A stretch of 64,000 nt of DNA from Paludibacter sp. (GTDB lineage Bacteria > Bacteroidota > Bacteroidia > Bacteroidales > Paludibacteraceae), in the NCBI GenBank assembly GCA_034927265.1, contig JAYFQH010000026.1, positions 2,220 through 66,219 of the forward strand, given 5' to 3'. Positions 36,452 to 45,938 of the stretch are shown piece by piece; the stretch's first letter is position 1; every line of letters starts with the position of its first letter. The position numbers and the translations under genes were made by a program. The notes beneath the pieces are model-generated. The model saw only the letters and a program-made list of their open reading frames with translations, was not told the DNA's origin and did no database searches.

Positions 36452-39400
36452 TTAAAATTGAACATTTAATCCAAAGATAAATTGACGGGCTTCAGGATAA
36501 GCATTGAGACTCAATTCAGGGCTATAGGATAAGTATTTCGTACTTGTCCACAGATTCGTCGCAGTAAAATAGAATCTCAGTTTATCTACAAAAAATGCTG
36601 AAGTCAGTGCATGTGGAAGCGTATAACCTAAGGATAGGGTTCTCAGACGTACATAGGAAGCATCCTGGTAGCCCAGCGCGTCGTCGTAGGTATCCTGTTT
36701 TCCGTAATTAGGCCGCGGATATTCATTGGAAGGATTTTCCGGCGTCCAGTAATTCACTTTAACGGCATTCAGTTTTCCCTGCAGGTTTCCGTTTTTCAGA
36801 TAGGTGTTATTTTTCAGGATTCCCTGTACCGTATAAAGTTCGGCATATAAATCAAATCCTTTGAAAAACAAAGTAGAACTTAAGGAACCTGTCCAGTCCG
36901 GTTCTCTCGAACGAATATCCTGATCGTCCACCGTGATATATCCGTTTCCGTCCATATCCTTTACTTTCACATCACCGGGTTTGGCATTTTCCATTATTTG
37001 CCTGTCGGGTACACCATCGCCGTCTGTATCGACTGTTTTGTCAATAAACCCGTCTCCGTCGGTATCATCGCTTTTTTGCCAGATACCATCAAAAATATAC
37101 GACCGGAAAACACTGATAGGCTTGCCGATGTACCATCTGTTATCAATGTCATCCATTGGTTTTCCTTCGGCATCGATCTTATCATTCACCCTGACGATTT
37201 CGGATCTTGCAGTAGCAAATGTGGCATTGATCTGCCAGTCAAAATCTTTTTGATGGAAGATAACTCCACCCAGTGTAGCCTCCCAGCCCCGGGTTTTGGT
37301 TTCGGCAAGATTATCCCAGAGATAGGTATAGCCGGAAGTGGATGTAATGTATCTTTTCACGAGCAGGTCGGTCGTTCTTGTGTTGTAACTTTCCACGCTC
37401 CCGGTAATTCTGCCGTTGAAGAATCCGAAATCGAGTCCAATATTGGTTGATGCGGTGGATTCCCATTTCAGATTGGGATTTTTCAATTCGTCCGTCGGAG
37501 AATAGCCCATGAACAGCAGGTCATCGCCGAAACGCATTTCATAACTGTTAGTAATACCTAATGTACGATAGGATGGAATTGCCTTGTTTCCCACCATACC
37601 GTAACTCAACCTGAGTTTCAGGTTAGATATCCATTCGATGGGTTTGATGAACGCTTCTTCGGAGATTCTCCAGGCCAAAGCTGCAGAAGGAAAATAGCCC
37701 CATTTGTTATTTTTTCCGAATACCGACGAGGCGTCAGCTCTCATGGAGGCGGTTAATAAATACTTTTCGAACAGTGAATAGTTTACTCTTCCCAGATATG
37801 AAAGAAAAGTTTCGTCCGATATTGTCCTTGTTGTGCTGTTGATGTTGATTGCATCGCCCAGACCGTCCCATTTAAAAAAGTCTACCGGAACCTGGCTACC
37901 TCCGAATCCGGTTGTTTTGGTTTCCTCTTTTTCGGCACTTTGAACGAAGGTGAACGTCAGCCGGTGATTTTTCCCAAAAGCCTGTTCGTATGTTACAATA
38001 TTTTCCAACAGGATATTGCTGTAATAGGAATCGGATATGGTACCGGAGTTTACGGTTTTGGGATAATTGTTGGTTTTATAATCACCCGATTCGGTAAACC
38101 GGGTTTTATAAGCGGCATTAATCCGGTAAGTGAATCCTTTAAATGGTTTTAAATCCACGTAAAGGTTCAGGTTCATCCGGTCAGCTACAGAACGCTGATC
38201 CGATTCCTGTATTTTATATAAAGGATTTTCAACACCTTCCGAATTGATGGTGGATGTATAACTGCCGTCGTCCTCAAATACTTTGGCGATCGGAGGCCGG
38301 GTAATAAATTCTTCGAAAGAGCCGTCTTCAGTTTGCGACCAGGATTTGATAAAGGAAAAATTAGTTCCGATGGTTAAAAACTTATTGACGTCATAATCTG
38401 TATTTAACCGGAAATTTGCCCGGTTGTAATTTGATTTTGCAACCATACCATCCTGATCGAAATATCCGAACACCAAAGCATATTTCATTTTATCCGTGGC
38501 TCCGCGTACACTCAGGTCGTGTTTTTGTTCCCATGCATTTTTAAACATGAGATTGTTCCAGTTCACAAATTCACGTTTTTCCCACATTTCCTGCATCATT
38601 GGATCTGAGAGAACTCTGTCCGGCGTCCGTTCGTCATCGGCTAATCCTTCGTAGTTTCTTTTGCCCTGCCAGCGGAGTTCATAAAATTCATCTGCATTAT
38701 AAAATTCAAAGTTTTTCCACAGGCTTTGGGTGCCCACATACGCATCATAGGTAACCAATGGCTTTCCGGATACGCCTTTTTTCGTCGTTATAAGGACAAC
38801 CCCGTTGGCAGCTCTGGCACCGTAAATGGCCTGTGATGAAGCATCCTTGAGCACATCTACTGATGCTATTTCCGTAGGATTGATCACATTGATGGATTCA
38901 ACCTGAACTCCGTCCACTATATATAAAGGAGTATTGGAGGCGGTAAGGGAGCGGTTGCCACGTATCCGGATATCGGAACCCGCACCTGGGCGTCCCGACG
39001 ATAGCGTTACCTGTACCCCGGCAGCTTTCCCACGCAACATTTCTGATAAACCCGACGTGGGGAAACTCAGGTCTGCTGCCTGGATGGAAGATACTGCGCC
39101 TGTGAGATCACTTTTTCTGACACTACCGTAACCGACTACTACCACTTCATCCAGTTGTTCCGAACTTTCCTTCATAATGACACGGAAAGTTTGCCGGTTA
39201 TTCACAGGAATTTCCTGGGGAATGTAACCGATAAAAGAAAATTTCAGGGTTGCTGTTGCATCGGCCTGCAGGGAGAATTCTCCATTCATGTTTGTGACCG
39301 TACCTGTTGTTGCGCCTTTAACAGTGACGCTTACGCCTGTCAACGGACCAAATTCATCGGAAACGGTACCCGACACGCGGATGTTCTGTGCATATGCAAC

Positions 39401-39463
39401 TGAAAAGAACATCATGCAGAGCATACCGGTCAATAGATGTTTTGTTAGTTTTGTGGTTTTCAT
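36452..39463 (-). CDS. susC: SusC/RagA family TonB-dependent outer-membrane transporter
   Basis: 1003 aa with a CarboxypepD_reg-like N-terminus (IRVSGTVSDEFGPLTGVSVTVKG), a plug (VVVVGYGSVRKSDLTGA) and a terminal F residue of the beta-barrel. Confidence 0.92.
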   Translation of the reverse strand: MKTTKLTKHLLTGMLCMMFFSVAYAQNIRVSGTVSDEFGPLTGVSVTVKGATTGTVTNMNGEFSLQADATATLKFSFIGYIPQEIPVNNRQTFRVIMKESSEQLDEVVVVGYGSVRKSDLTGAVSSIQAADLSFPTSGLSEMLRGKAAGVQVTLSSGRPGAGSDIRIRGNRSLTASNTPLYIVDGVQVESINVINPTEIASVDVLKDASSQAIYGARAANGVVLITTKKGVSGKPLVTYDAYVGTQSLWKNFEFYNADEFYELRWQGKRNYEGLADDERTPDRVLSDPMMQEMWEKREFVNWNNLMFKNAWEQKHDLSVRGATDKMKYALVFGYFDQDGMVAKSNYNRANFRLNTDYDVNKFLTIGTNFSFIKSWSQTEDGSFEEFITRPPIAKVFEDDGSYTSTINSEGVENPLYKIQESDQRSVADRMNLNLYVDLKPFKGFTYRINAAYKTRFTESGDYKTNNYPKTVNSGTISDSYYSNILLENIVTYEQAFGKNHRLTFTFVQSAEKEETKTTGFGGSQVPVDFFKWDGLGDAININSTTRTISDETFLSYLGRVNYSLFEKYLLTASMRADASSVFGKNNKWGYFPSAALAWRISEEAFIKPIEWISNLKLRLSYGMVGNKAIPSYRTLGITNSYEMRFGDDLLFMGYSPTDELKNPNLKWESTASTNIGLDFGFFNGRITGSVESYNTRTTDLLVKRYITSTSGYTYLWDNLAETKTRGWEATLGGVIFHQKDFDWQINATFATARSEIVRVNDKIDAEGKPMDDIDNRWYIGKPISVFRSYIFDGIWQKSDDTDGDGFIDKTVDTDGDGVPDRQIMENAKPGDVKVKDMDGNGYITVDDQDIRSREPDWTGSLSSTLFFKGFDLYAELYTVQGILKNNTYLKNGNLQGKLNAVKVNYWTPENPSNEYPRPNYGKQDTYDDALGYQDASYVRLRTLSLGYTLPHALTSAFFVDKLRFYFTATNLWTSTKYLSYSPELSLNAYPEARQFIFGLNVQF

Positions 39464-39502
39464 TCAATTAATTAGATTTAAGGGATATTAATAAATGCGT
39501 TT

Positions 39503-39510
39503 CAAAAGTA
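39503..39510 (-). promoter_or_regulatory. Candidate -7 box (TACTTTTG on the - strand) upstream of susC
   Basis: TAnnTTTG match about 40 nt upstream of the susC ATG. Confidence 0.4.
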
Positions 39511-39597
39511 TAAAAGAAAATTATGGACGTGTAACTCAATCATACGGATTTATCTCAAAATCGTACTGCATGCTATAAAACATATTTTACGTGGAAA

Positions 39598-41406
39598 TTA
39601 TATTTCACCGGTAACGTTACCCGGGGTGATACCGCTGTCGTTATAAGTATCTACCCGGTAATAGTATGGTGTGCCTTTAGTGAGAATGTGTACTAACAGG
39701 GAGACGGTATCATTCCCTTTCACCTGAATACACTGGTTCAGAAAATCGGGAGCGTAACCAAAACGTACCAAGTATCCGTCAGCATTATTTACTTTTTCCC
39801 ACGACAAAGAGGCGTATCGTTCGTCTTCTCTGTCTCTTGTGACCAACAATTTTTTTACCTGTGCTGGAGCCTTTGCTTTTCCAAAACCAAAGACACGCAA
39901 ATCTAATAATGCGAATTTGCCATTTCTTGGGGTGTACACATTTTCTATTTTGACGTACAAAACGTTCATTGGCCGTGCAAGTTCAATGTAATCATGCGGA
40001 ACGGGTTTTTTGTTCAGGCTTTTATCAGCTATCATTTTCCATTTTTCACCATCTGCCGAAACATATAATTTATAGGCATGATAATCCATGTCCAACGATG
40101 TTCCGTAATCTACGTCCTGTTCTGCAAAATTAATCTGGATGGCATTTACGCGTACCTTTTTTCCTAAATCCATTATCAGCGATTCGCCCGGATTTCCTGT
40201 AGCAGCCGACCACCATGTCCTGATATTTTCATCGCTTGCCTTGTAAGCCTCAAAACCAGATAATTCGGAAGAACCTACACATTTCTTCCGGTACGATTGT
40301 ACCATCCATCCAGCGATGTTAATATCTTTTGGTGTAAAGCTGCGTTGGGGCAGCGGAAGAGGATAATCACCCAATACCGTGTGTGTACGCATGCGTCCCT
40401 GCTTGTCGAAAGAAACGGGAAAAAGTCCGATACGCCGCTCAAATGCATCGTGATTACCCACCCACATCGTGGTTGCCTGCCACCAGTTTTGATATTTGTC
40501 CTGAAATACGCTGCTATGTCCTGCTCCTCCGATAAAACCTCCTACTTTAAGGGAAACGGGGTTATAGGGTTTTTCTTCAAAGGGACCTGTAGGAGAGTCG
40601 CTTTCTGTTACCACATCACAATACCAGGGATGTATCGTTCCTGGTGTGGCGTATTGCAGGTAATATTTATCGTTATGCCTGACGATCCAGGCGCCTTCGG
40701 GACAAGGCAGGTTTTTGAACTTTCCTTTCCATGCGGAGGCGTCCAGTTCATCCGAAAGTTCCCTTCTTCCGAAATGATAACCGGCTTTGCAATCGTTGAC
40801 ATCGGTAATATATTCCCGCAATAGTTTGGCCGATCCCGGAATTTCGGTCAAAGTAACCGGATCCAATTCATAACAGGTAGTTTGCTGGTTGGCTCCCAGT
40901 CCGTAATAAACGAAGTAACGACCTTTGTCGATAAATAAGCTGGGGTCGGCCATGCGTCTTACTTTTCCGCAAACTTCCCATTTACCGCTCATCGGGTCGG
41001 AGGAACGAATCAGGTCGATTTCTTTCAGACTTCTGTTTCTGTTGAAGTTGATGAAATAGAGATACTGATCGTCGGCGGCGACCGCCGGAGCTACGTAATG
41101 GTCGATATCTAAAGCCGAAGCATGGATAGCCGGATCGAAATAAATGTTTTGCCAGTGCATCAGGTCGTCCGATACCCGGTATCCGCCGATGTCCTGCGTA
41201 GTGAAAAGATAATATTTCCCTTTGAACAGTACGATGACCGGATCGGCGGATGTCCGGGCGTTCCGTATGGGACTGCTGAGGTTTCCCCAACCGTAATCCA
41301 GATTTAAGGGATTGCAGTAAGTACGGGGTGGGGTGCTGCGCAGATTTCCGTTGCAGGAAAAAATGATTGTTGTAGTCAGAATGAATAGTTGTGTGATGTG
41401 TTTCAT
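39598..41406 (-). CDS. GH43-like five-bladed beta-propeller glycoside hydrolase with C-terminal F5/8-type C and Fn3-like modules
   Basis: CNPLNLDY...SADPVIVLFKGKYYLF, DPSLFIDKGRYFVYYG and PEGAWIVRHNDKYYLQY match the GH43 Asp/Asp/Glu blade pattern. A discoidin-like segment (IRTWWSA...VNAIQINF) follows. Confidence 0.7.
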   Translation of the reverse strand: MKHITQLFILTTTIIFSCNGNLRSTPPRTYCNPLNLDYGWGNLSSPIRNARTSADPVIVLFKGKYYLFTTQDIGGYRVSDDLMHWQNIYFDPAIHASALDIDHYVAPAVAADDQYLYFINFNRNRSLKEIDLIRSSDPMSGKWEVCGKVRRMADPSLFIDKGRYFVYYGLGANQQTTCYELDPVTLTEIPGSAKLLREYITDVNDCKAGYHFGRRELSDELDASAWKGKFKNLPCPEGAWIVRHNDKYYLQYATPGTIHPWYCDVVTESDSPTGPFEEKPYNPVSLKVGGFIGGAGHSSVFQDKYQNWWQATTMWVGNHDAFERRIGLFPVSFDKQGRMRTHTVLGDYPLPLPQRSFTPKDINIAGWMVQSYRKKCVGSSELSGFEAYKASDENIRTWWSAATGNPGESLIMDLGKKVRVNAIQINFAEQDVDYGTSLDMDYHAYKLYVSADGEKWKMIADKSLNKKPVPHDYIELARPMNVLYVKIENVYTPRNGKFALLDLRVFGFGKAKAPAQVKKLLVTRDREDERYASLSWEKVNNADGYLVRFGYAPDFLNQCIQVKGNDTVSLLVHILTKGTPYYYRVDTYNDSGITPGNVTGEI

Positions 41407-41535
41407 AATAATATGTGATGAGTGATTTGTTTGTATTTACTTATGTGTCCTCATGTGACTAATGTGGTTCAATATTTATATATATCTTTTGTGTTCCCTT
41501 AGTCTTTTTGTTTGATTTTGAATGTTAAGTATGTT

Positions 41536-41623
41536 TTTGAAATTAGTTTATACTATTTTCAAATGAATAACAATCGGACAAATTATTCCGAAATCATTAA
41601 AAATAATATAAACTAATTTCAAA
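41536..41623. promoter_or_regulatory. 22 bp inverted repeat (1 mismatch) in the HTCS-to-PUL intergenic region
   Basis: 41536-41557 tttgaaattagtttatactatt and 41602-41623 aataatataaactaatttcaaa. The core 17 bp is perfect, with a 44 nt spacer. Confidence 0.5.
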
Positions 41624-41670
41624 TACGTACTTATGCAATTTTAATTGATATAATGTTTATTGAACGATTC

Positions 41671-44600
41671 TCATTTCTTTTGGAACTGTATCGGAGTCAT
41701 TCCATATAATTCTTTGAAACGCTTGATAAAATAACTGGGTGAGTTGAATCCGACTTCGTAAGCTATTTCCGAAACGGTTTTTTCACTGCCTTCTTCCAGC
41801 AGTTGTCTGGATTTTTTCAACCGCACATTCAGAATAAATCCATTGGGCGTCTGACCGGTTATTCCTTTGATCTTGAGGAAGAGCTTTGTCCTGCCCAGCC
41901 CGATTTCACGTGCGAAACGGTTTACGTCGAAATCGGCGTCACCGATATTGTTTTCGATGAGCTCCACGCATCGTGTCAGAAATTGCTGGTCGAAGTTGTT
42001 GGTAGTCAGAATATCTACACCTGTGTCGGTACGACCTGCATATTTTGATTGTAGCAACCGTCGGTTGTTCACTAAGTTGTTGCACCGGGTGAACAGGTGC
42101 TTTACACTGAACGGTTTGGTGATGTAGTCGTCAGCGCTCATTTTCAGTCCTTGTATGAGATACTCTTCCGAGTTTTGTGCGGTCAGTAAAATAACCGGGA
42201 TGTGCGAGGTGTCGAAATTTTCTTTGATTTTGCGGCACATTTCTATTCCCGACATTCTGGGCATCATGATGTCGCTTAAAATGATGTCCGGTTGTTTTTC
42301 CAACGCTTTTTCCATGCCATCAATACCATCTACGGCTGTAAATACCTGATATACTGAAGAAAATAAACGTTCCAGCAATTCCAGCAGTTCCAGATTATCT
42401 TCAACGATCAGAATAGACGGTTTGTTCCCGTTTCCATTTCCATTACTTTCCACGAAAACCAGCTGTTCGTCATCTTCCTGTAATTGAATATTTCCATGTG
42501 TGTTTAATTCTTCTATGCACGACATATCCACATTCCTGGCCGGTGCTTTTTGCGTATTTAAAATGTGTGAATCGTTTAATGGCAGCCGGATCACAAACGA
42601 AGTCCCTTTGCCGATTTTGCTGTCCGCCCGGATATCTCCCTGGTGTGCATAAATAATCTCCCGGGTAATCGCTAGTCCCAGACCAGTTCCCGTTGCACCT
42701 TCCATTTCATCAATCTGGTAAAAACGATCGAAAATACGCTCCAGCTTGTCTGCCGGAATGCCGATGCCGGTATCAGTAATCCGGATATACACATTATATG
42801 CGTCCACTTCCACCGAAATAGTGACGGAACCATTTGGATGCGTATACTTGAATGCATTGGATAACAGGTTGTTCACCGCTTTTTCCATTTGTTCTACATC
42901 GAACCAGACTTCCAGAAACGCATCATCAGTGCGCAGGAATATCAGACTGATATCTTTGAAACGGGAATATTCTTTGAACGACAAATATATTTCTTCCAAA
43001 AAACGGTAAATATCCTGTTTGCTGAATTTCAATTCTTTGTAGCCTTGTTCTTGTTTTCTGAAATCGAGCAGTTCCGTAACCAAACGTTTCATCCTGATCC
43101 CATTCCGGTGTACATGAACTAATTTATTATATACCTGTGGTTTGATGTCGGTTCGTTCAATGAGCATTTCCAGTTGACTTATTATCAATGTTAAAGGAGT
43201 TCTGAATTCATGGGATATATTTGTGAAGAAGCGTAATTTTGACTGGTTCAGGCGTTCAATCTGTGCTTTTTCCCTCTTTTCAAGTTCCAGCGAAGCACTT
43301 AATTTTAATTTGGACGAGTAAAAAGAAGCAATCAGGTAGATGACAATGATGAGTATCACTACATACAATATATAGGCCCATACTGTTCTGTAGAAAGGAG
43401 GCATCACGATGATATCCAGTTCTTTAAAAATACTCTTACCTTCATTTGAAGCATCGACGCTTTTGATCCGCAGCTTATATTTTCCTGGATTCAGGTTCGT
43501 GTACGTTATACTGTTCCTGAAATTCATATCAATCCAGGAATCATCAAAACCTTCTAATTTATAATAGATTTTGTTTTTGAGTACCGATACATAATTGGAT
43601 AAGGAAATATGGATGGTCAGTACTGAGTAATTGTGTTTTATCCGGATTCCGGACTGGTACAACAGCGATTCCTGCAAAATTCCTGAATCGTCGTTCGGAA
43701 GTACCTGTTTGTTGTTGACCTCCAGAGAAGTAAAATTCAACTGATAAGGCTTTACATACGAGTTTAATTCTTTCTCGTAGAATGAGATCATCATTTTAGG
43801 ACCCGCAAGGAATATTTCATCATCGTTCGTTACAAATATGCCGAAAGCGTTTACGGAAGTAAGAGGAAAACCATTTTGCTCGTTATAGTTGTAAAACTGT
43901 TGATTCTCAGTGTCAAAACGGGAGAAACCCTGGTTGGAAGCTATCAGCAGATATCCCAACAGCGACTCTTTGATGTCTAATATAAAATCATTGACCAAAC
44001 CGGAATTTTGGGAATTGTAAACTTTGAATGAATCGCTTGTCGCTTCATATAAAAAGATACCCGAACCGGAAGTCCCGATCCAGATACGACCTTTTTTATC
44101 CTGGAAGATCACATTGACTAAGTTATGTTCGATCGGCATATTGCCGGAAGTATATTCTTTCAACGCGTTTGTCTCAAGGTTATACTTTGTCAGCCCTGCC
44201 GAATGGGAAAACCACAGATTTCCGTTTTTGTCCAATATCATATCAATTATGAACCGTTGGTTGAGAAGGACATCTTGCTGCAAGCGTGAACAGCTTCCGG
44301 TAAGCGGATCAAAAATACAAATACCGTCATGCGTCATCAGGATCAGATGGTTTTTGAAAGGAAGTATTTTCCGTATACTATTGTTTATCAGTGATTTCTT
44401 ATCTCGTTTATCGTTTCTGTAATTCCTGATGTGTTTGGTCTTAATATCCATTCTATCCAATCCGCCCGATACTGAGCCTATCCACAAAATATCTTGTTGT
44501 TCATCTAAATATAAACCCTGCGTGGTGTTGGATGCAATGGAATTCTTATCAGGATGATGTTTGTAAACGGTGAAAACTTTTGTCTTTCTGTCTAAATAGT

Positions 44601-45681
44601 TCAGTCCGCCACCTTCAGTAGCTAACCAGATGTTGCTGTTTTTGTCTTCGAGCATTCTTCCGGCAAAAGGAGAACTCATTCTTCCCGGAGTGGAATCATC
44701 GGCATAGTAATATTTATATATTTCATACTCAGGATTGAACATGTTGATGCCCCCGTAGTAAGTGCCTATCCACAACGTCCCCTGCTGATCTTTCGATATG
44801 CAAACGACTGAAGAATTGCTCAGACTGTAAAGCCTCTTGTCTTTCTGATACAACGTGAATTGTCCGGTAGAAATATCTAATTTGTTCAATCCTTTGAACG
44901 TTCCGATCCAATAATTGCCGAAATTATCCTCACAAACAGAGCGGACATAATTGTCGGCAATGGAATTTTTATTGTAAGGGTCATATTTATACTGTACCAT
45001 CCTGCCGTTCCTGTCCATTCTGATCAATCCGTCGCTACGGGTGGATACCCAGATATTCATTTTTGAATCTTCGTATATACTGATAACATGCACATCAGGG
45101 AAATAATTCATACACTTGATGTTTTCATCAATGACGTATAATCCCTCGTGTTGCGTTCCGATGTATATTTTTTTATTGCTGCTTTCCAGTATGGAGGTAA
45201 TTTTTGGATTTGTTTCTGTAAAGCCATAATGAAGTTTCAGTTTTTTTCCTTTATTGTCGTATGTATAAACCGAATCGGACGCGCACACCCAAAGCTTATC
45301 CGAACCATAAGCAATAGCTTGTACGTGATTATCGCGTATGGTGTAGAATCTGTTCAGCCGCATATCGTATTCGGCCACGGCATATTTGCAACGCACGTAA
45401 ATATGACCGTTCCGGTCGCCGCATACCGACCCCACATTATTGTTAAATAAGCTGTTGGGGGCACCGGTTTTAGGTCTGAATACCTGTATGTTACTGCCGT
45501 TATAGACATTCAGTCCGTCTTTAGTGGCAATCCAGATAAGGCCGAATTCATCCTGATAAATGGAATTTATCGTGGGTTGCGACAGCCCGTCCTCTACGTT
45601 GAGGGTTTGAAAATGAATTTCCTGCGAAAAAGAGACTACGGAAATAAGCAGGAAAAAATATAGCGGGATATTTCGAAGCAT
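41671..45681 (-). CDS. Hybrid two-component sensor histidine kinase/response regulator (HTCS) with AraC-type output
   Basis: 1336 aa. N-terminal periplasmic two-component-regulator propeller repeats, Y_Y_Y, TM, HisKA (ISHEFRTPLT), HATPase (DTGIGI, GTGLGL), receiver (ILIVEDN...DIMMPRMSG) and AraC HTH. Confidence 0.92.
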   Translation of the reverse strand: MLRNIPLYFFLLISVVSFSQEIHFQTLNVEDGLSQPTINSIYQDEFGLIWIATKDGLNVYNGSNIQVFRPKTGAPNSLFNNNVGSVCGDRNGHIYVRCKYAVAEYDMRLNRFYTIRDNHVQAIAYGSDKLWVCASDSVYTYDNKGKKLKLHYGFTETNPKITSILESSNKKIYIGTQHEGLYVIDENIKCMNYFPDVHVISIYEDSKMNIWVSTRSDGLIRMDRNGRMVQYKYDPYNKNSIADNYVRSVCEDNFGNYWIGTFKGLNKLDISTGQFTLYQKDKRLYSLSNSSVVCISKDQQGTLWIGTYYGGINMFNPEYEIYKYYYADDSTPGRMSSPFAGRMLEDKNSNIWLATEGGGLNYLDRKTKVFTVYKHHPDKNSIASNTTQGLYLDEQQDILWIGSVSGGLDRMDIKTKHIRNYRNDKRDKKSLINNSIRKILPFKNHLILMTHDGICIFDPLTGSCSRLQQDVLLNQRFIIDMILDKNGNLWFSHSAGLTKYNLETNALKEYTSGNMPIEHNLVNVIFQDKKGRIWIGTSGSGIFLYEATSDSFKVYNSQNSGLVNDFILDIKESLLGYLLIASNQGFSRFDTENQQFYNYNEQNGFPLTSVNAFGIFVTNDDEIFLAGPKMMISFYEKELNSYVKPYQLNFTSLEVNNKQVLPNDDSGILQESLLYQSGIRIKHNYSVLTIHISLSNYVSVLKNKIYYKLEGFDDSWIDMNFRNSITYTNLNPGKYKLRIKSVDASNEGKSIFKELDIIVMPPFYRTVWAYILYVVILIIVIYLIASFYSSKLKLSASLELEKREKAQIERLNQSKLRFFTNISHEFRTPLTLIISQLEMLIERTDIKPQVYNKLVHVHRNGIRMKRLVTELLDFRKQEQGYKELKFSKQDIYRFLEEIYLSFKEYSRFKDISLIFLRTDDAFLEVWFDVEQMEKAVNNLLSNAFKYTHPNGSVTISVEVDAYNVYIRITDTGIGIPADKLERIFDRFYQIDEMEGATGTGLGLAITREIIYAHQGDIRADSKIGKGTSFVIRLPLNDSHILNTQKAPARNVDMSCIEELNTHGNIQLQEDDEQLVFVESNGNGNGNKPSILIVEDNLELLELLERLFSSVYQVFTAVDGIDGMEKALEKQPDIILSDIMMPRMSGIEMCRKIKENFDTSHIPVILLTAQNSEEYLIQGLKMSADDYITKPFSVKHLFTRCNNLVNNRRLLQSKYAGRTDTGVDILTTNNFDQQFLTRCVELIENNIGDADFDVNRFAREIGLGRTKLFLKIKGITGQTPNGFILNVRLKKSRQLLEEGSEKTVSEIAYEVGFNSPSYFIKRFKELYGMTPIQFQKK

Positions 45682-45713
45682 ATATTATGTGTTCTTTCAA
45701 TCGATTAGATAAA

Positions 45714-45721
45714 CAAAAGTA
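45714..45721 (-). promoter_or_regulatory. Candidate -7 box (TACTTTTG on the - strand) upstream of the HTCS
   Basis: TAnnTTTG match about 33 nt upstream of the HTCS ATG. Confidence 0.4.
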
Positions 45722-45838
45722 ATAGCAATTTCCAACAAACCTTACAATGAATCGTCGGAATTATATCATTTTTGTACAAAACAAGATCTTTATGAAAATC
45801 ACGGACAATAGTAATATGTCTATTTCGAAGAATAACAG

Positions 45839-45846
45839 TATTTTTG
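45839..45846 (+). promoter_or_regulatory. Candidate -7 box TATTTTTG
   Basis: TAnnTTTG match. The repeat hairpin at 45851-45927 lies between it and the ATG at 45939. Confidence 0.35.
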
Positions 45847-45850
45847 TAAT

Positions 45851-45927
45851 AGTTGAAAGTTGAGAGTTGAAAATTTCATTCATCATTCAGTTGTCATTCT
45901 CCATTTTCAACTTTTTTCAACTTTCAA
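45851..45927. repeat. Cargo-less inverted heptamer-repeat element (AGTTGAA/AGTTGAG units facing TTTCAAC units, 30 nt spacer)
   Basis: The left arm 45851-45873 (agttgaaagttgagagttgaaaa) pairs with the right arm 45904-45927 (ttttcaacttttttcaactttcaa) as 11 bp and 8 bp helices with a small internal loop. The units are the same as those flanking the four-helix-bundle gene. Confidence 0.8.
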
Positions 45928-45938
45928 TTATTATAATC

